A DNA stretch of 64,000 bases from the human T2T-CHM13v2.0 reference genome, Homo sapiens, in assembly GCF_009914755.1 (NCBI RefSeq), contig NC_060933.1; one strand, 5' to 3'. The position numbers were made by a program, and so were the translations under genes. How positions within the stretch are numbered: position 1 is the first letter of the stretch; every line of letters begins with the position of its first letter. The notes beneath the pieces are model-generated. The model worked only from the letters and a program-made list of their open reading frames with translations. It was not told where the DNA came from and made no database searches. Below, one piece after another: positions 1-24,936 of this stretch.

Positions 1-302
1 TGGTGGCTCACGCCTGTAATCCCAGCACTTTGGGAGGCCAAAGCGGGCGGATCACTTGAGGTCAGCAGTTAGAGACCAGCCTGGCCAACATGGTGAAATC
101 CCATCTCTACAAAAAAAAAAAAATACAAAACTTAGCCCAGTGTGGTGGCGGGCGTCTGTGATCCCAGCTACTCAGGAGGCTGAGGCAGAGAATTGCTTCA
201 ACTCGGGAGACGGAGGTTGCAGTGAGCCAAGATTGTGCCACTGCACTCCAGCCTGGGCAGTAGAGTGATACTGTCTCAAAAAAAAAAAAAAAAAAAAAAA
301 AG
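1..302 (+). mobile_element. Alu (AluS-like), 5' end cut by the window
   Basis: Alu consensus motifs and poly(A) tail. Confidence 0.95.
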
Positions 303-361
303 GAAAAGAAAAAGAGATTGATCTGTGGTTATATCTTTTAATTTCTCTCTATCATGCTCAG

Positions 362-8021
<7,660 letters not shown>

Positions 8022-9140
8022 TGTCACTCCATCACCCACCATCACCGCTGCTGCAAAGAGGCAATAATAAAGGAACTGAAGACAGCTGTATTTGGGAGAA
8101 GTCATGTCAGATTCAGAAATTTGCCATTATGTATTTTTATGTATTTATGCCTTGTGACTAGGAGAGGAGATTTTCATGGGTCACAAAATTCTTGGAGGTC
8201 CCTTAGTAGATTTGGTAGTTCCTTAAGAGATCCACGTGATAAAATAAATGGAGTTGGCCTTTCTTGTTTTTTGCAAAAGTGATAAAAGGTCTTTAGCACT
8301 TGGTCTCCTCCCTTGTCTCTAGTGTCTTTCAGAAAGTTGGCAATACCTTAACAAATGCACTCTGAGCTGGAGGGAGCCCACCATTTGCACCCACCTACCC
8401 ACCCTCACCCCTGTTCAGATGAATTTCCAGAAAGAGCTAAGGCTCATAAGGTTCCCTTTTAAGTATTATTTAATAGTTGAGGCCAGATACTTACATGCAA
8501 GTCTGGGTTATGGTTGTTTTGCCTTTCTCAGCTTGTGAAGTCATTCTAAAGCTAGAGGAAGTATGTGATATACACATGGACTAAGGCTCAGGTGACACTA
8601 TGGCTAGATTAACATCTGGGATTAGGACTGGAAACACATGTCATTTTGAACTAAGGGAAACTCTTTGTCATCCTAATTTGGAATTTGGTCCCTGGATGGC
8701 TAGGGATCCATGAACCAGGCAGGTACCTTTTTTGTTTTTGTTTTGTTTTGTTTCTTTTCTGTTTGAATTAAGATGGGCTAAGATGGGGCTTGCAACATTA
8801 AACATGAGCTGAGCATCCATAAGCATTGAATTGGGATTAAATAAAGATGTTGGGCAGGAACTGAACACTGCTAATATGATGATAAATATGCCTGACTAAA
8901 GCCACTACAGAAATCCAGAGATTGGCTGTTAAAATTTGTTTTGTGGAAAGACTAATTCTCTTTGATACTGCAGAGGCAGTGGCCATGGATCTGTTCCTCT
9001 GTGCTAAATGTCTTGTGGCAGGGTGTGTTTGTGGGGGAGTGTTCACTGGTACTCTTGAGTGGCCTGAAGTGACCCATTCTATGAATTGTTAATTAAGGTG
9101 CCAAAAAAAATTAATAATAAAGCTTGGTTTTTTGAAAAAC
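8022..9140 (+). other. GLE1: GLE1B 3'UTR (end approximate)
   Basis: Alu-free sequence after the stop; AATAAA at 8066, 8243, 8840 and 9116. Confidence 0.7.
9116..9121 (+). terminator. Probable distal GLE1 poly(A) signal
   Basis: AATAAA, the last one before the Alu-rich intergenic DNA, with T-rich sequence downstream. Confidence 0.65.
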
Positions 9141-9385
9141 CCATTGCTGATATATTGGTTCAATATGATCAATTTCCTCTGCCTTGAGCTATGTAAATCA
9201 TGATAGTATACAAGTCCAGGTATAGAGCGGTATGCATTTATTCCTTTTGGTCTTCTTGACCTACACCTTGGGAATATTACTTCTTTTTCTGTCATTTCCT
9301 TTTTTGGAATTATGTACTAATAACTGACCCTATTTTATCTAGCAAGAGATGTGAAAGTGTATTAAAATCTTTGAAAGACACAATA

Positions 9386-10070
<685 letters not shown>

Positions 10071-10256
10071 CATGTCACTGTAGTTTTCAAACTATGCTTG
10101 ATAGCAGTTCCTTAGCGAAGAGCTTCCCAGCTGGTGTGCCTTGGCATGATGACCTCATTAGCCCTCCCAGACAAGGCCTGTGGTGGGTGAGCCCCCAGGA
10201 GCGGTTCCATTCACATTTCCTCTCCTTACCTTTGCCTTAAAAATGGCATAATTCAT

Positions 10257-12545
<2,289 letters not shown>

Positions 12546-12714
12546 CAGATTAGAACTATAGTCTTCCTGGCTATGTGATGCATTTACAAAAACACCCATT
12601 ATAAAGGGATTTATCCTTTCATTTAAAGCCAGCCTCCATTTAAGAAAGTATCAGTTTTTTCCAGAAGGATGTATTCAAGAACTTTTTTTTTCTTTTAGTT
12701 CTTTCAGGATATTT

Positions 12715-13500
<786 letters not shown>

Positions 13501-13891
13501 ATACCTCTCTTTTCACCCTGCAAAAAAACATGCTTACAATTCTGATGAGGTGACAAAATCAACCTCTGGAACCTACAACCCTGAAAACAGGACCCTGGTG
13601 ACTAAGGTTACCTTGAAGCCATCGACCTGTAGCAAGGATGGAATGTTGACTCTAAACATGTTTTCAACATAGGTGACTTGAAGGTAGAATTTTAATTCAA
13701 TCGAGAATGCGATTTAAGCACCTGGAGCACTTGATGGGTTGAGCTAAAAGTTACAGGAGCACAGATAGACTTATTTCATCTAGTCTAAGTCCAAAGGCCT
13801 GACAGCCAGTCAGCTGATGGTTTAAATCCCAGAGTGCTTTTCTGCAGGGTTCAAAAAAAGGGCTTGATAGTCAAATAAGTTTGGCAAGTAA

Positions 13892-14545
<654 letters not shown>

Positions 14546-14599
14546 ATGGCAGAATGTTGATAACTGTTGGAGCTGGGTGACAGGCCTATGGAAGTTCAC

Positions 14600-14900
<301 letters not shown>

Positions 14901-15073
14901 TAAATGGACTGAGTACCATTCATGTAACCTAAAATTCAGTAACACTTCAAATATTTTCTCAAGTCAATAAGTATTATATCATGAATATAGTCTTGAATTT
15001 ATGAATCGTAATTAATCATTTTTCACTTGGTGACTAGGTTATGCCTAATATATTTTTTTAAATTATTAACATT

Positions 15074-16680
<1,607 letters not shown>

Positions 16681-18309
16681 GTGATTTGAAGAGCTGTGTT
16701 ATTTCTTGCCAGCTCTGACACTGCAGAATGTCATATGGGAAGTGCAGTCCACTTGCCAGCATGACTCTTCCCAATCAGCTCCCTTCTAGGGAAGAAAAAT
16801 AGTGGAAGTGCTTGCCTGTTATCTTTGCAGGGGGTGAGACAGGGTGTGGAGGGGAGGGGAGGGGAAGGGGTCTCTCCCAGGGAGAGTGGGCAAGTGACTT
16901 TCCCTGGCTGGAACATATGGACACATCACCACAATTAGTGTGTTTTCCAACAGTTGACCTTTTCAACAACCTGAAAAAGTATTGGGACTATCTAGACGCT
17001 TAAGCTTAGGGTGCCTATCAAACCTTCTGAGGATTGCTGAAACTAGAAAAAGGAGTTGAGAATTCAGTCCAACCCTCTGCTTTTTAGGAGGCCAGGAGAG
17101 GTGTGACTGAGAACATGGAGTTGATTGGTTACAAAGTCGTTACACTGTCCTGTGCTTTTTCTGTTGTTGTTTTTTCCCCCAGCTTTCCACACCTACTAGG
17201 GTGTTAGGCATATGGTGAAACTGGTGGGAGGTGAGGTAGGCAGACAACAGAACAGTGAAGAATGGCTGGTTTCAAGTGCCAAGTGCAGAGAAGGCAGGGT
17301 GAGTGGGTGGGAGGTGGAGAGCGCTGGGGATACTGTTTCTTGGTCATGTCTCAGATCACACAAAGAATCAAATAAGATTTTAGTTTCTCTATCAATACAG
17401 AGCTCTCTCTTAGGTCTCCATTTTGCATCCAGCAAAAGCAGCAGAACCCCCAGTTCACTATGGGGCCAGGGTGATTTAATAGAAAAACCCTCCCTTTTGA
17501 ACAGCTCCTGCCCCTCAGTCCCAAGGTGCTTTCTTTGCTGGAGCAGAAGGTCTTGGAAATTTTAGGGAGCTACAATTGTGTTAGCCATTTTGTACCCAGA
17601 GCTGAATATCTGATCAAACATTTTACTGCAACCTGCTGGAGAAGAGGCCACGGATACCATCAGCTGTTCTCAGAAATGCACACTCCAGGGAGGAGTTGCT
17701 CAGCGCTGTTTTCTCTACATAGATTGCAGGAAATGCCTCTCAGCTCCTACGTTTCTCCTACACAGATTCTCTAAAGCAGCTTCTGGGGTGTGGTCACTGC
17801 TTTTCTCTCCACTCCAATGGAGTGAGTGGGTAGGGAAATTTTTCCTCAGTATCATGGCTACAGCCAGGACAGCTTAGAAACCGTATTGCAGGTCCCAGGC
17901 ACGGGGAAAGAAGCCAAACTGCAGAGGGCCAGGAAGCTCAGGGCCAGGTCTGGGCCCAGATTCTGGTGCAGTGTCCAATGACTTTATATTTATTTAAAGA
18001 GGAGAGCTGCTTGGTAACCAGGAGGCTGAAGCCTTCCTAAGCTGCAGAGCTCCCCGTCTGCCTGACTGCACAGGAATGATCTGGGTGTTACTCCCAGTGG
18101 CTGCGGCCCAGCTGTCACCGGAATGGGGATAGGGAAAGGGCTTCCTAATCCAGGGCTTCTGGCTACAGAGTTTAGAGCCAGGACCTTAAACTGCTAGGAC
18201 TTTAAGTATCAGAAATTCTGAGAATCTTATTTTTCTCTTTCTGCACCCCAGCAGCCACCCGCATCAAAATGCCTCCCTTTCCTATTTGAAGGCAATACAC
18301 ATACGGTTG

Positions 18310-18530
18310 CAAAGGGAAGGTTCTGACTGCTGAGATGTAAATCCTAGCTCTTCCAATTGGTAGCTGCCTGACCTGGGCCAAGAGACTTAGCCTACATGAG
18401 CATTATGTAAGAGTGCCCATTTGTAAAATGGGAAAACATCTCATAAAATTATTGCAAAGATTAAGAAATGAAAAGGTAACACGAAATACTTAGCATAGTG
18501 CCTAGTACACAAGGCAAGTTCGATTAATTG
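18310..18530 (+). mobile_element. MIR-like SINE
   Basis: aatcctagctc...gacctgggc...catttgtaaaatggga...cttagcatagtgcctagtaca. Confidence 0.7.
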
Positions 18531-19397
18531 TGCCAGAAAGAACCTTAATGTCTTGTTTATGAAATAGGATGAATGTAGCCTATTCCACTGGCGACCTGTG
18601 AGAAAGCTTTTGTTGCAGGAATGTAAGAAATTATTATTTTGCCGCTGCCGTTTCCTCCCCCATAATCTCCAAGAACATAAGAAATTAACTCTCCAAATCC
18701 CAGAATGACAGCTTTATGCCCCAAATTAGTCGACTTAATTTTTTTTCTGATTCGGATTTGGCCTTTTCCTCTCACCACCTCCTCAAACCCGGGGCCCCAA
18801 ATCATCCGCGTCTTCTTGACCCCAGCCCCCACCGAATTAGGCTGACTTGGGACCCCAGCGCCAGCCTCCTCCTCGGGAAAGTGAGCAGGAAGAGACGCAC
18901 TCGGGTGATCTCACCCTTTGGGACTGGGCGTTTTTCCGGCCGGGGCGCGCAGCATCCCCAGCCAGACTGCAGCGATACCCCCGCCCCGCCCTTCTCCGCA
19001 GTCCTGGAAGAGCTCCCAGGGCGGAGTGGTGCGATGCAGACGACTGTCCGCAGGGCGGGCGGTGGCGGGGCGCAAGCTGCGGGGAGGGAGGTGAGGCGGG
19101 AGCGTCTCTACCGCCAGGGCGTAGGCAGTGACCTCACTGCACCATCACCCCTCACCCCTTGCGCGCGCCCCATTTCCCCATCCTCCCGCGGCCCGCCCCT
19201 CGCTCACCTCTTCCCCCGCATTGTCGCTTCGGCTCCTTCCGGGATCGCTCGGCCCTTTCCGCCGGGCGGTCGGGCGGCGAGCCGGCGGGAGCACCGCCCC
19301 CTTTGCTCCGCCGGCGCGCTCCCCCACCCCTCGCGCAGCGCCGGGGCGCTTCCCCCGGCGCTCGCGCCCGCCCGCCGCGGGAGCGCGCGTAGCCGCT

Positions 19398-19404
19398 TAT
19401 AAAA
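19398..19404 (+). promoter_or_regulatory. TATA box
   Basis: TATAAAA(G) embedded in GC-rich DNA about 30 nt upstream of an Inr-like CCACT (19428-19432). Confidence 0.75.
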
Positions 19405-19428
19405 GAGGCGGGGCGCGCGCGTCGCCGC

Positions 19429-19536
19429 CACTACCCGCTGCGGAGTGAACGGTGTGGAGCGGAGGCCGCGGAGGCTCCTCGGTCCTTCAGCACCCCTCGG
19501 CCCGACGCACCCACGCCCCTCACCCCCCGAGAGCCG
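19429..19536 (+). other. SPTAN1: SPTAN1 non-coding exon 1 (start approximate)
   Basis: Ends GAGCCG|gtgaga; joining to exon 2 gives ...GAGCCGAAAATGGACCCA, as I recall for the SPTAN1 mRNA. Confidence 0.8.
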
Positions 19537-22183
19537 GTGAGAGGGGCAGCCGGGGAGCTCCGGGAGGGAGCGGGGCCCCGGGCAGCCGACCCCCGGGTGG
19601 GAGCTGGGCAGCTCTTCAGGCGGGGCGGGGCCGGCGCGCGGACAGGTGAGCCGGGCGGGCCGCGGGGCTGCCTCCATTCGGCTGAGTGGGGGAAGCCGCT
19701 GCCGCTGCTTTTGTGGCGCGTGGGCTGCGGAGGAGCAGCCGGGCCGAGGCTCGGCGCCGCCGCTGGAATGTCACTGACGGGGGGAGGGGGCGCGAGGCCG
19801 CCGGGTCCCTCCCAACCACCCCCAAGCCTGGCTGCGGCGCGGCCCTGCCCTGCCCCATCCGGCTGCGGCAGGTGGGTGGGGGCTCCCTCGTCGGGATCTT
19901 CGCCAGCCGCCTCCCTGCAGAACGCTCCCCGCACCGCCCCCGGTCCCTTCCCTCGGCCGGGAGCGACTTCTGCAGCTCGTTCTTCCGAATCGCACCAGCA
20001 ATGCCGGCCAGCCGTAGAGGGAGGAAGAGCCCGGGGAGCCCGAGCATAGCGTAAACGGCTCTCTGACCTTAATTTCATCCTGCATGGCGAATCTCTGCCG
20101 TCTCTCTGAACGCAGAAGGGTCTGAGACTGGCCGTCTCCTTTTCTTTCCTTGTAATAAACATTTTTCTTTCTTCCTAGTTGTGATTTGCTTGTAAATAAT
20201 AGGTAAATGCAGTGCTTGCATGGTATGTGGCTCAAATCAAATAATAGCTTAGCGTTCTTGTTTGTGTGTGTGTTTCCTGGGACTGGGTCTTTCGAGTCGA
20301 GATACAGTGTCAAAAATTCTACCATACCACTGTTGAATGATAGAACAGTCTTTTGTTTGAAAGCTGTCCCTGAGAATTTGATTAGACGCTTCCCCTAGAA
20401 CATCGCTTTCAAAAGTCTCTGATGTACTAGAGTAAAATATATTTTAAATAAGCGCCTTGTTAAAAGTTGAATATGTTTTAAATGAAAAGCCTAAATAGCT
20501 CAGAAAGCTGGGTTGAGATGATGCTTGAACTGTTCCAACATCTAATCAGATCTCTTTTATATAATAGATCCTAAAATATTTAAGCCCTTTGTTCTGTCTT
20601 CATCATGTTATTTTAGAAAAACTTACCATCATGGCTGTTCGGGAAGAACAGGAGAGAGGCCATATGAAGTATTTTCATAATGTGTTGAGAAATTGCGTCG
20701 TCATAGCAATTGGCCTTAAGTAAAACAGAATGTATCAAAGATGGAAGGGTGGGGGTGTCTTGGAGCCAGGAAACAGAAAATCTTGGAAATAGCAGGAGGA
20801 ACACTCAGCTATATGAAGCCATTGAGTCAAGGTTCCGACTCCTTAACTAGTCGTTTATTTTCCCTTTCATTGCAGCTAACTAATGTCTTAGATTTTGAAA
20901 GGTCAAATTGAATGTGCTGCGGAGGAAAAAAAAAGTGCTGCAGTAAAGGCCTCTGTGCAGGAAATTAACAATAAGCCTTTTTTAGTAACTGGGCCAATAA
21001 TTACTCAAAGGGACCCTCAAAGTGTGTTAACTGTTATCCAGGGACCTTGATGGAGAGACTGGAAAGGAGGATTTTTGCTTCATCCTGGACAAGTGTGAAG
21101 CAGTTCTTATGGCAAACCATCAGCCTAGTAACTGATTCTCTGATATGCTTTGGTCTTGGCAGTGTGTTTTGTAGTCATCTAATAATTGGAGAAATCTGGT
21201 ATGTCACAGGCTGCAGTGTAAGCCTGTCAAGCAATATGATGAAGAGGTGCACATGGGGAGAGCTGTTTTAAGTATGTCTTTTGGTTCCCTGGGTTAGAAT
21301 TTTTTCTGCTTTTTCTTACCTGCCTTCATCCAAAGTTGGGGGTCAACTGCAGATCCTGAAAAGTGGATCTCAGGAATAGTCCCCCATGTCCTGTCACTGC
21401 TGAATCTACACTAAGAATGGACAAGTGTGTTCAAGGCTGGCCTGCCTTTGTAATCAGTCCTCCGTGGGCTATGCAGGGATCCCACTAGTTACGCACTCAT
21501 CTGTTGCAGCATATCAGCTGCGGCTGTACTGTAGAAGAATGCAACGCCCTAGTGGCAAATGCTGACTCCAGGAATGCGGAGGAGGAGGAGGACTGCATAG
21601 CTCATCACTGGGGGCCACTTGACTGGAGCAGCTGTGCTGCAAACCATCACCTCTCTTCCACCTTTTTTGCATATTCCTCTTGTACCAATTTTGAACAGGA
21701 AATAGTATTTTGTAAAGTAAGTGTACTGGCAAACTAGGCCCAAGTCAGATCTTTGTGGCTTGAGTTCTACTTTGTGGCAATTTCATGAAGTCATGCTCTT
21801 TTATTGCTGAATGGAAGGGGATTTAGGAATCATCTTGTCCTGGGATCCTCAGGAGGAAGGCATGTTTAGTTTGAAAAAGTATATTCGGTATTATTACTTT
21901 AACAAGTGGGGAAATTGAGGCCCCAAGGAGAATGAGACTTGACCAGGGCAGCATATCTAGAAAGTAACTGCCAAGACCTGGGAACCTTGGTTCTCCTTCC
22001 ACATTTTAAATCCCTTGTGGGATTTAGACGCTATACAGAATGTCAGAGAGAAGACACTGAAAAAATATCTGAAATTGGATTTTTAATCTGTATTCATATT
22101 TTTTAAATAATCTGTTTTCTTCATGATTTTGTTCCGTTTGCCCTTAGAAGCTTGTTATCTTGCTCTTCCCCCTCCCTCTTTAG

Positions 22184-22234
22184 ACTCCACATTCCTCCAT
22201 CATGTTGTCATCGTTTCGTAAACGCAGAGTCCAG
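22184..22234 (+). CDS. SPTAN1: Candidate 51-nt alternative SPTAN1 exon with upstream ATG (22202) adding MLSSFRKRRVQ(K)
   Basis: Long pyrimidine tract + tag|ACTCC ... ATG TTG TCA TCG TTT CGT AAA CGC AGA GTC CAG|gtattt; in frame with AAA ATG of exon 2. Confidence 0.7.
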
Positions 22235-22776
22235 GTATTTGACGAGCATGCAGAAAACGGGTTGCCTTTTTGGTTTTGCCTGGCTTGCAGTGAAGGCATA
22301 TTCGTGTCAAAGAGGTTGAATGATCCAAAGAAAGGGGGAAAAAAACCCTGCCTGCATGACGTTTCTGTTAAACAAATTGGTTAGGATTTGTTTGGGGTTT
22401 TTTGGTGTTAAATTATCAGAAGTATTAGTAAATTTACTTGAAAATTTGCAAAGCCTTCCTTTTTTTTTTTTTTTTTTTTTAACCTCCCTCTCTTTCTCTT
22501 TAAGGCATGAATATATTAATTTCTTACCACCATTCTGGTGTTTGCATGTAGTGTTTGCTGACTTTTTATTGGTGGCTACTTGGTTTTTAAGAACCAAGGG
22601 ACTAAACATATTATCCTAGATATTTGGAAAAAATAATCTGAAAATACATAGTAAAAATTGTGTTTTTAAAATTTGACAAATATTGTAAACTTGGGTTTGT
22701 TTCCTGTTGCATTGACTTCTTCCACCACAATTTCTATAATAGAGCTTACCTTTTCATGTTTAAAAAATAGCTCTCG

Positions 22777-23075
22777 GGCTGGGTGCGGTGGCTCATGCCT
22801 GTAATCCCAGCGCTTTGGGAGGCTAAGGTGGGTGGATCACTTGGTCAGGAGTTCAAGACCAGCCTGGCCAACATAGTGAAACCCCATCTCTACTAAAAAT
22901 ACAAAAAATTAGCCGGGTGTTGTGGTGGGCCCCTGTAATCCCAGCTACTTGGGAAGCTGAGGCAGGAGAATCGCTTTAACCGAGGAGTTGGAGGTTGCAA
23001 TGAGCCGAGATTGCACCATTGCACTCCAGCCCAGGTGACAGTGCGAGACTCTGTCTCAAAAAAAAAAATTAAAAA
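22777..23075 (+). mobile_element. Alu
   Basis: Full-length; flanks aaaaatagctctc / aaaaacagctctc look like a TSD. Confidence 0.95.
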
Positions 23076-24624
23076 ACAGCTCTCTTTATATGTTTTCTTT
23101 GTGTACAGTCTTTGTTTTCTAAGTCGGACCTTTTTCAAAAAAAAAAAATTTAGTATCTTGATATCCCAAAATAAAAAATATAAACATTGGAAATTTCTAG
23201 TGTTTATAGGTGATAAATCCAAGGCAGGCCTTTTTATAAATCAGATGAGTTATTTACTTAAATGAGGTTTATAAAAATGGGCCACATTATAACCATTTCC
23301 TGTTTTGAGTCATAGTAACAATAAGGAACTTAAATACCTCTCATCTGAATTTTGCAGGTTAAAAGGTAAGTAGCAGCAAGATAGTATTTGGGAAGCAATC
23401 AGAAGTAAGTTTTCTCAATATTGCTCTGCATTTCTGGATTTTGATGCAATGCAGTATGAATCTTTTGCTTTCTTAAAGCTAAGTCCCTGCTCACCTCTGC
23501 AAAATTGCGCTAACAAGTTGAAATGAATTAATCAGTTTGAAGGCTGACATGCTGATCCACAATCCTGATTGGAATGTGGTTTAAGCAAAAATATTTGTTG
23601 TTTTTATTTATGGTGTTCAGTCATCCTTTATGTATTATTGACCTCTCTGCTTACCATCAAATCTGCCACTAAAATCTGCAGCTAAGCTGGTTTTGAGTTA
23701 ATTTTGTTTGATCTGAGAATCAACTGGTATACAATTTTATGAGTGCTAATCAATTCTTTGGTGGTTTGTTCTTAGGGAAGCCCTTCCACATCCATGGATA
23801 TAGTTCTCTTGCTTTGCAAATCTGAAATTTGGTAATAGGCTGGCATCCTAAGCCACGGAAAAAAGACATTGTTGGTTCTGCACATTTGGGTTCTGACTAA
23901 GCAACAAAAGCAACTGATGAATGGTTTCTATGATCTTTTGCTTTGGGTGATGTTTATGAATTTTTCCATAACCAAATGACCAAACGACCCGTTCATCCTG
24001 TTAGTCCCTAAAAATCCCTTTCTTGCAAAACTGTATGTCTAGTGGTGTCCTGCCTGAGAATCAGAATTCATTTTGTAGTATTCCAAATGTCTCTTACATC
24101 CAGTACATTCAACTTGCTGAAAGAATGGCAATCCCAATGCTTTGTTTTTAATAGAGACTCCTTTCAGCTTCACTATAATTTTTTTCTCTCTTTTGGGATT
24201 CCATAGAGAAACTGACTGCACTCACTGCAGGTGCCAGGTTTACAGAGTCCAGAGCATTTGACCTTTGGTTCGAAAATGTTTGTATCTGCAGTCTTTTGTG
24301 TTGCTTAACGCAGTGGGATTCCCACCCACTGCCTCTGCCTGTACAAGAAGATAGAGCTATATATCCCATAAATACCCCCCAATTTTTTTTATTTTTATAC
24401 TCCCAAATTTTATGCCCCCAAATACCCCCAAATTTTTATTTGGGGAATGAAAATTCCCCAAATACCAAGAACTGCCTCAAACAGCTGTCTCTTGGCATTC
24501 ATCAATAAGACAAAGATATTCATGTCTAATCTATTTTGTAGGAATCCATTTTCAGTTGATACTGTGTATAAGTTTGTGTTTGATATCCTGGATCATTCTG
24601 AAGCATGCTGTATCTTTGGATTAA

Positions 24625-24936
<312 letters not shown>

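Larger units (their letters stand above)
18780..20110. promoter_or_regulatory. SPTAN1: CpG island / SPTAN1 promoter
   Basis: Very GC- and CpG-rich, with multiple GGGCGG/CCGCCC boxes and GCGCGC runs surrounding exon 1. Confidence 0.93.

Noticed and set aside
18716-20325. Long overlapping Pro/Arg/Gly/Ala-rich ORFs (up to 243 aa) on both strands
   Set aside because: Expected from stop-codon scarcity in a CpG island; no recognisable domain
21545-21558. CTCF-like CGCCCTAGTGGC
   Set aside because: Core is shorter than the consensus; cannot be supported without a PWM scan or ChIP data
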